A stretch of DNA of 64,000 bases from Paracoccaceae bacterium (GTDB taxonomy: Bacteria > Pseudomonadota > Alphaproteobacteria > Rhodobacterales > Rhodobacteraceae): the NCBI GenBank assembly GCA_044377735.1, contig JBILYK010000008.1:828-64827 (forward strand). Direction: 5' to 3'. The position numbers and the translations under genes are program-made. Positions 60,982 through 64,000 of the stretch are shown in pieces (the stretch's first letter is position 1; each line of letters starts with the position of its first letter). The notes under the pieces are model-generated. The model worked only from the letters and a program-made list of their open reading frames with translations, did not search any database and was not told where the DNA came from.

Positions 60982-62328
60982 ATGTCGATTCCCCAGTCCG
61001 GCGGTGGCCTGATCGAGCGGTTTGAGCAGCTTGCCGAATACATGGCATCGGGCTGCAAGCCCAAGGACCAATGGCGTATTGGCACCGAGCACGAGAAATT
61101 CGGCTGGCTCACCGCCACCCGCGCGCCGTTGCCCTATGCGGGGGAGGCGTCGATTTCGACACTGTTTCACCAGCTTGAGTCGCGCTTTGGTTGGACCCCC
61201 CTGCGCGAGGGCGACAATGTTATCGGCCTGACCCGCAACGGTGCCAATATCAGTCTTGAACCCGGCGGGCAGTTTGAACTGTCGGGCGCAGCCTTGCCCG
61301 ACATGCACGCGGTGGCGGCAGAACTGCAGACCCATTTCGATGAGGTGGGCAGCATCGCCACGCCTTTGGGGATCCGGTTTATGGGCATCGGTGCCGCCCC
61401 TGAATGGGGCCATGACACCATGCCCGTCATGCCCAAAGGCCGCTATCGGCTGATGACGGGCTATATGAAGACGGTCGGCACCCACGGCACGCAGATGATG
61501 TATCGTACATCGACGACGCAGGTGAACCTCGACTACGCCTCCGAAGATGACATGGTGAAAAAGCTGCGCGTCTCTTTGGCCCTGCAGCCGGTCGCAACGG
61601 CACTCTTTGCCTCGTCGCCGTTCTTTGACGGCAAACCCAATGGCCACAAATCCTGGCGCAGCCGGATTTGGCGCGATCTGGATGCCACCCGCACCGGCAT
61701 GCTGCCTTGGGCGTTTGAGGAGGGCATGGGCTTTCAGCGCTATGTCGATTGGGTCTTGGACGTGCCGATGTATTTCGTCTACCGCGACGGCGCATACATC
61801 AACGCCCTTGGCCAATCCTTCCGCGATTTCCTGAAGGGCGAGTTGCCCGCCCTGCCGAGGGAAAAGCCCACGCTGTCCGATTGGGCCGACCATATGACGA
61901 CCGTGTTCCCCGAGGCGCGGGTCAAGAAATACATCGAGATGCGGGGGGCGGATTGCGGTGATCAGGCCCATATCAATGCGCTTCCGGCCTTCTGGGTGGG
62001 CCTGATGTATGACCAAACCGCGCTGGATGCCGCATGGGATCTGGTCAAGGGCCTTGATGCCGAAACCCGCGAGGGGTTGCGCGTGGCCGCCTCGGTTTCT
62101 GCCCTGCAGGGCGAGGCGAATGGCGTGAAACTCGCCGATCTGGCCCGCGCGGCCGTGGGGCTGTCGCATGCCGGGTTGGCAGCGCGGGGGCTTGGCGAAG
62201 AGCAGTACCTTGCGCCGCTGATCACTTCGCTCAAGGCCGGGCGCGTGCAGGCCGACCGCTGGCTTGAGCTTTACAACGGTGACTGGGGCGGGGATTTAAG
62301 CCGCATCTATGAGGCAGCGAGCCTGTAA
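60982..62328 (+). CDS. gshA: Glutamate-cysteine ligase, plant/alphaproteobacterial type (GCS2)
   Basis: MSIPQSGGGLIERFE...WRIGTEHEKFGW...RLMTGYM. This is the typical plant-type GSH1 signature. Confidence 0.9.
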   Translation: MSIPQSGGGLIERFEQLAEYMASGCKPKDQWRIGTEHEKFGWLTATRAPLPYAGEASISTLFHQLESRFGWTPLREGDNVIGLTRNGANISLEPGGQFELSGAALPDMHAVAAELQTHFDEVGSIATPLGIRFMGIGAAPEWGHDTMPVMPKGRYRLMTGYMKTVGTHGTQMMYRTSTTQVNLDYASEDDMVKKLRVSLALQPVATALFASSPFFDGKPNGHKSWRSRIWRDLDATRTGMLPWAFEEGMGFQRYVDWVLDVPMYFVYRDGAYINALGQSFRDFLKGELPALPREKPTLSDWADHMTTVFPEARVKKYIEMRGADCGDQAHINALPAFWVGLMYDQTALDAAWDLVKGLDAETREGLRVAASVSALQGEANGVKLADLARAAVGLSHAGLAARGLGEEQYLAPLITSLKAGRVQADRWLELYNGDWGGDLSRIYEAASL

Positions 62329-62362
62329 GCCCACGCCTGGCACAGCCGGGCGGATGGTTCCC

Positions 62363-62971
62363 TTAGCTCTTTTGCCCGATCTTCGGCTCGGTCCCAGCTT
62401 TGATCCGCTGCAGGTTCGGCCAGTGGCGGATATAGACCAGCAGCATCAGGGCGAAGGTCAGGATCAGCAGATCCCCGCGGCTGAACACAAAGCACCACAT
62501 GCCCGACAGCGCCGCCGCGACCAGCGCCGAAAGTGAAGAGATGCGCGTGATGGCCGCGGTCACCGCCCATGTGGCGCAGGCCGCTAGACCAACGGGCCAT
62601 GCCAGCGCGATCAGCGTGCCCAGGAAGGTTGCCACGCCCTTGCCGCCCTTGAAGCCCAGCCAGACCGGGAAGAGATGGCCCAAGAAGGCCATGCCGCCCG
62701 CCACCTGCGCCGCGTCTTCGCCCACGACAAAGCGCGCGATCAAGACCGCAATCGCCCCCTTGCCCGCATCCAGCAAAAGGGTCGCCAGTGCCGCCCCCTT
62801 ATGCCCGGTGCGCAGCACATTGGTCGCGCCAATATTGCCCGACCCAATGGCACGCAAATCGCCCAGGCCCAGCGCGCGGGTGATGACGATGCCAAAGGGC
62901 ACCGACCCCAGCAGATAGCCCAAGACCCCGACAAGGATCAGCAAGACCGGCGATGTGACAATCTCGGGCAT
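62363..62971 (-). CDS. plsY: Glycerol-3-phosphate acyltransferase PlsY
   Basis: [12 protein letters not shown]...[14 protein letters not shown]. Confidence 0.93.
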   Translation of the reverse strand: MPEIVTSPVLLILVGVLGYLLGSVPFGIVITRALGLGDLRAIGSGNIGATNVLRTGHKGAALATLLLDAGKGAIAVLIARFVVGEDAAQVAGGMAFLGHLFPVWLGFKGGKGVATFLGTLIALAWPVGLAACATWAVTAAITRISSLSALVAAALSGMWCFVFSRGDLLILTFALMLLVYIRHWPNLQRIKAGTEPKIGQKS

Positions 62972-64000
62972 TCAGCGCGCCTCATAAACCTGTTGGCCAG
63001 CGACATAGGTTGCCAGCACCTTACCCTCGAGCCGCGCGCCGTCAAAGGGCGTGTTCTTCGATTTGGACAAAAGCGAAAAGCGGTCGAGCACAAAGGGCGT
63101 GTCAGGGCTAAAGAGCACCAGATCCGCCGGCGCGCCCACCGCCAGCCGCCCCTGTGGCAGGCCAAGACGGCGCGCGGGGTTCAGGGCCAGCGCGCGGAAG
63201 AGCATCGGCAGATCAAGATGCCCCGCATGATAAAGCCGCAACGCCGCCGGGAGCAGCGTTTGCAGCCCAACCGCGCCTGAGGCGGCCTCTTCAAAGGGCA
63301 GGCGTTTGGATTCTTCATCCGCCGGGGTGTGGAAACTGCCGATCACATCGATGACTCCATCAGCCACGGCCTGAACCATCTCAAGCCGATCCTCCTCAGA
63401 CCGCAAGGGCGGGGTGAACTTGAAGAAGGTGCGATAATCGCCCACGTCAAATTCGTTCAGCGTCAGGTGGTGGATGGAAATCCCCGCCGTCACATCCATC
63501 CCCGCCTCTTTGGCACGGGCCAGCGCAGGTAGACTGCGCGCGGTGGTCACCTGATCGACATGCCAACGTGCGCCGGTCATCTCGACCAGTGCCAAATCGC
63601 GGTCCAGCTCAATCCGCTCGGCCATGGGCGACACACCGGGCAGGCCGCGCAACGAGGCGAACTTGCCGCTTGTGGCCGAAGCCCCCGCCGAGAGCCCCGG
63701 CTCCTGCGGATGACCGACAATCAGCGCGCCCAAGGATTTGGCATAGGTCATTGCCCGCAACAGGGACTTGGTGTTTTCCGCCACATGGAACACATCGGAA
63801 AACGCAATCGCGCCTGCATCCAGCAGAAAACCGATCTCGGTCATCTCGCGCCCAGCACGGCCTTTGGTCAGCGCGGCCATGTGGCGGATGCGCACCGGGG
63901 CCTCACCGGCGCGACGGGTAACGAATTCCAGCGTCTCGGGCGTGTCAATCGCCGGGGTGGTGTCGGGGCGGGCGATGATGGTCGTCACGCCCCCCGCCGC
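62972..64000 (-). CDS. pyrC: Dihydroorotase-like protein, probably non-catalytic (PyrC'-type); 5' end outside the window
   Basis: Aligns by eye to class I dihydroorotases (AFSD.., SIHHLTL, FKFTPPLRSEEDR, SKSKNTPFDG), starting around residue 100 of the family. The true start is therefore beyond 64000. Two metal/catalytic positions are substituted (see findings). Confidence 0.8.
   Translation of the reverse strand, partial: AAGGVTTIIARPDTTPAIDTPETLEFVTRRAGEAPVRIRHMAALTKGRAGREMTEIGFLLDAGAIAFSDVFHVAENTKSLLRAMTYAKSLGALIVGHPQEPGLSAGASATSGKFASLRGLPGVSPMAERIELDRDLALVEMTGARWHVDQVTTARSLPALARAKEAGMDVTAGISIHHLTLNEFDVGDYRTFFKFTPPLRSEEDRLEMVQAVADGVIDVIGSFHTPADEESKRLPFEEAASGAVGLQTLLPAALRLYHAGHLDLPMLFRALALNPARRLGLPQGRLAVGAPADLVLFSPDTPFVLDRFSLLSKSKNTPFDGARLEGKVLATYVAGQQVYEAR

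Overview
This is 64 kb of high-GC (roughly 65%) alphaproteobacterial chromosome. Gene content (divergent bhcR/bhcABCD, a DUF2927-type lipoprotein, GC-rich GGGGAGGGG-type palindromes) suggests Rhodobacteraceae, Paracoccus/Rhodobacter-like. I call 59 protein genes, two of which run off the window edges. One of those, a glycosyltransferase at 1-915, is missing from the ORF track. I also call one RNase P RNA. I found no tRNA, rRNA, CRISPR, transposase, integrase or phage structural cluster. The GC content fills the ORF track with long antisense or out-of-frame artefacts (up to 940 aa). I kept only frames whose products I recognise, or that have sensible start context and gene packing, and I trimmed many N-terminal extensions to internal ATGs.

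Most of the window is housekeeping or metabolism: gatCA, tadA, rluB, purC, dtd, truA, nhaA, argE, ubiA, rsmE, gshA, plsY, and the complete beta-hydroxyaspartate-cycle cluster bhcR/bhcABCD.

The parts most worth a second look are:
1. An eight-gene co-directional acetate locus (acs-adk-DUF4212-symporter-DUF294 nucleotidyltransferase-membrane protein-receiver-sensor/exonuclease). Its nucleotidyltransferase/exonuclease/receiver part has no assigned function. Its exonuclease is fused to what looks like a degenerate histidine-kinase core.
2. A composite envelope-stress cluster: XpaC-like, TelA, DUF2927 lipoprotein, SPFH-GYF protein and a zinc-ribbon membrane protein.
3. A YebE(DUF533)-YcjX-YcjF module.
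4. An orphan tailspike-like beta-helix protein.
5. A MITE-like double palindrome that appears to sit in the bhcC stop codon.
6. Two families of intergenic repeats.
7. A dihydroorotase homologue with substituted active-site residues (PyrC'-like).

All family assignments were made by eye from motifs and remembered homologues. No database search or folding program was run.
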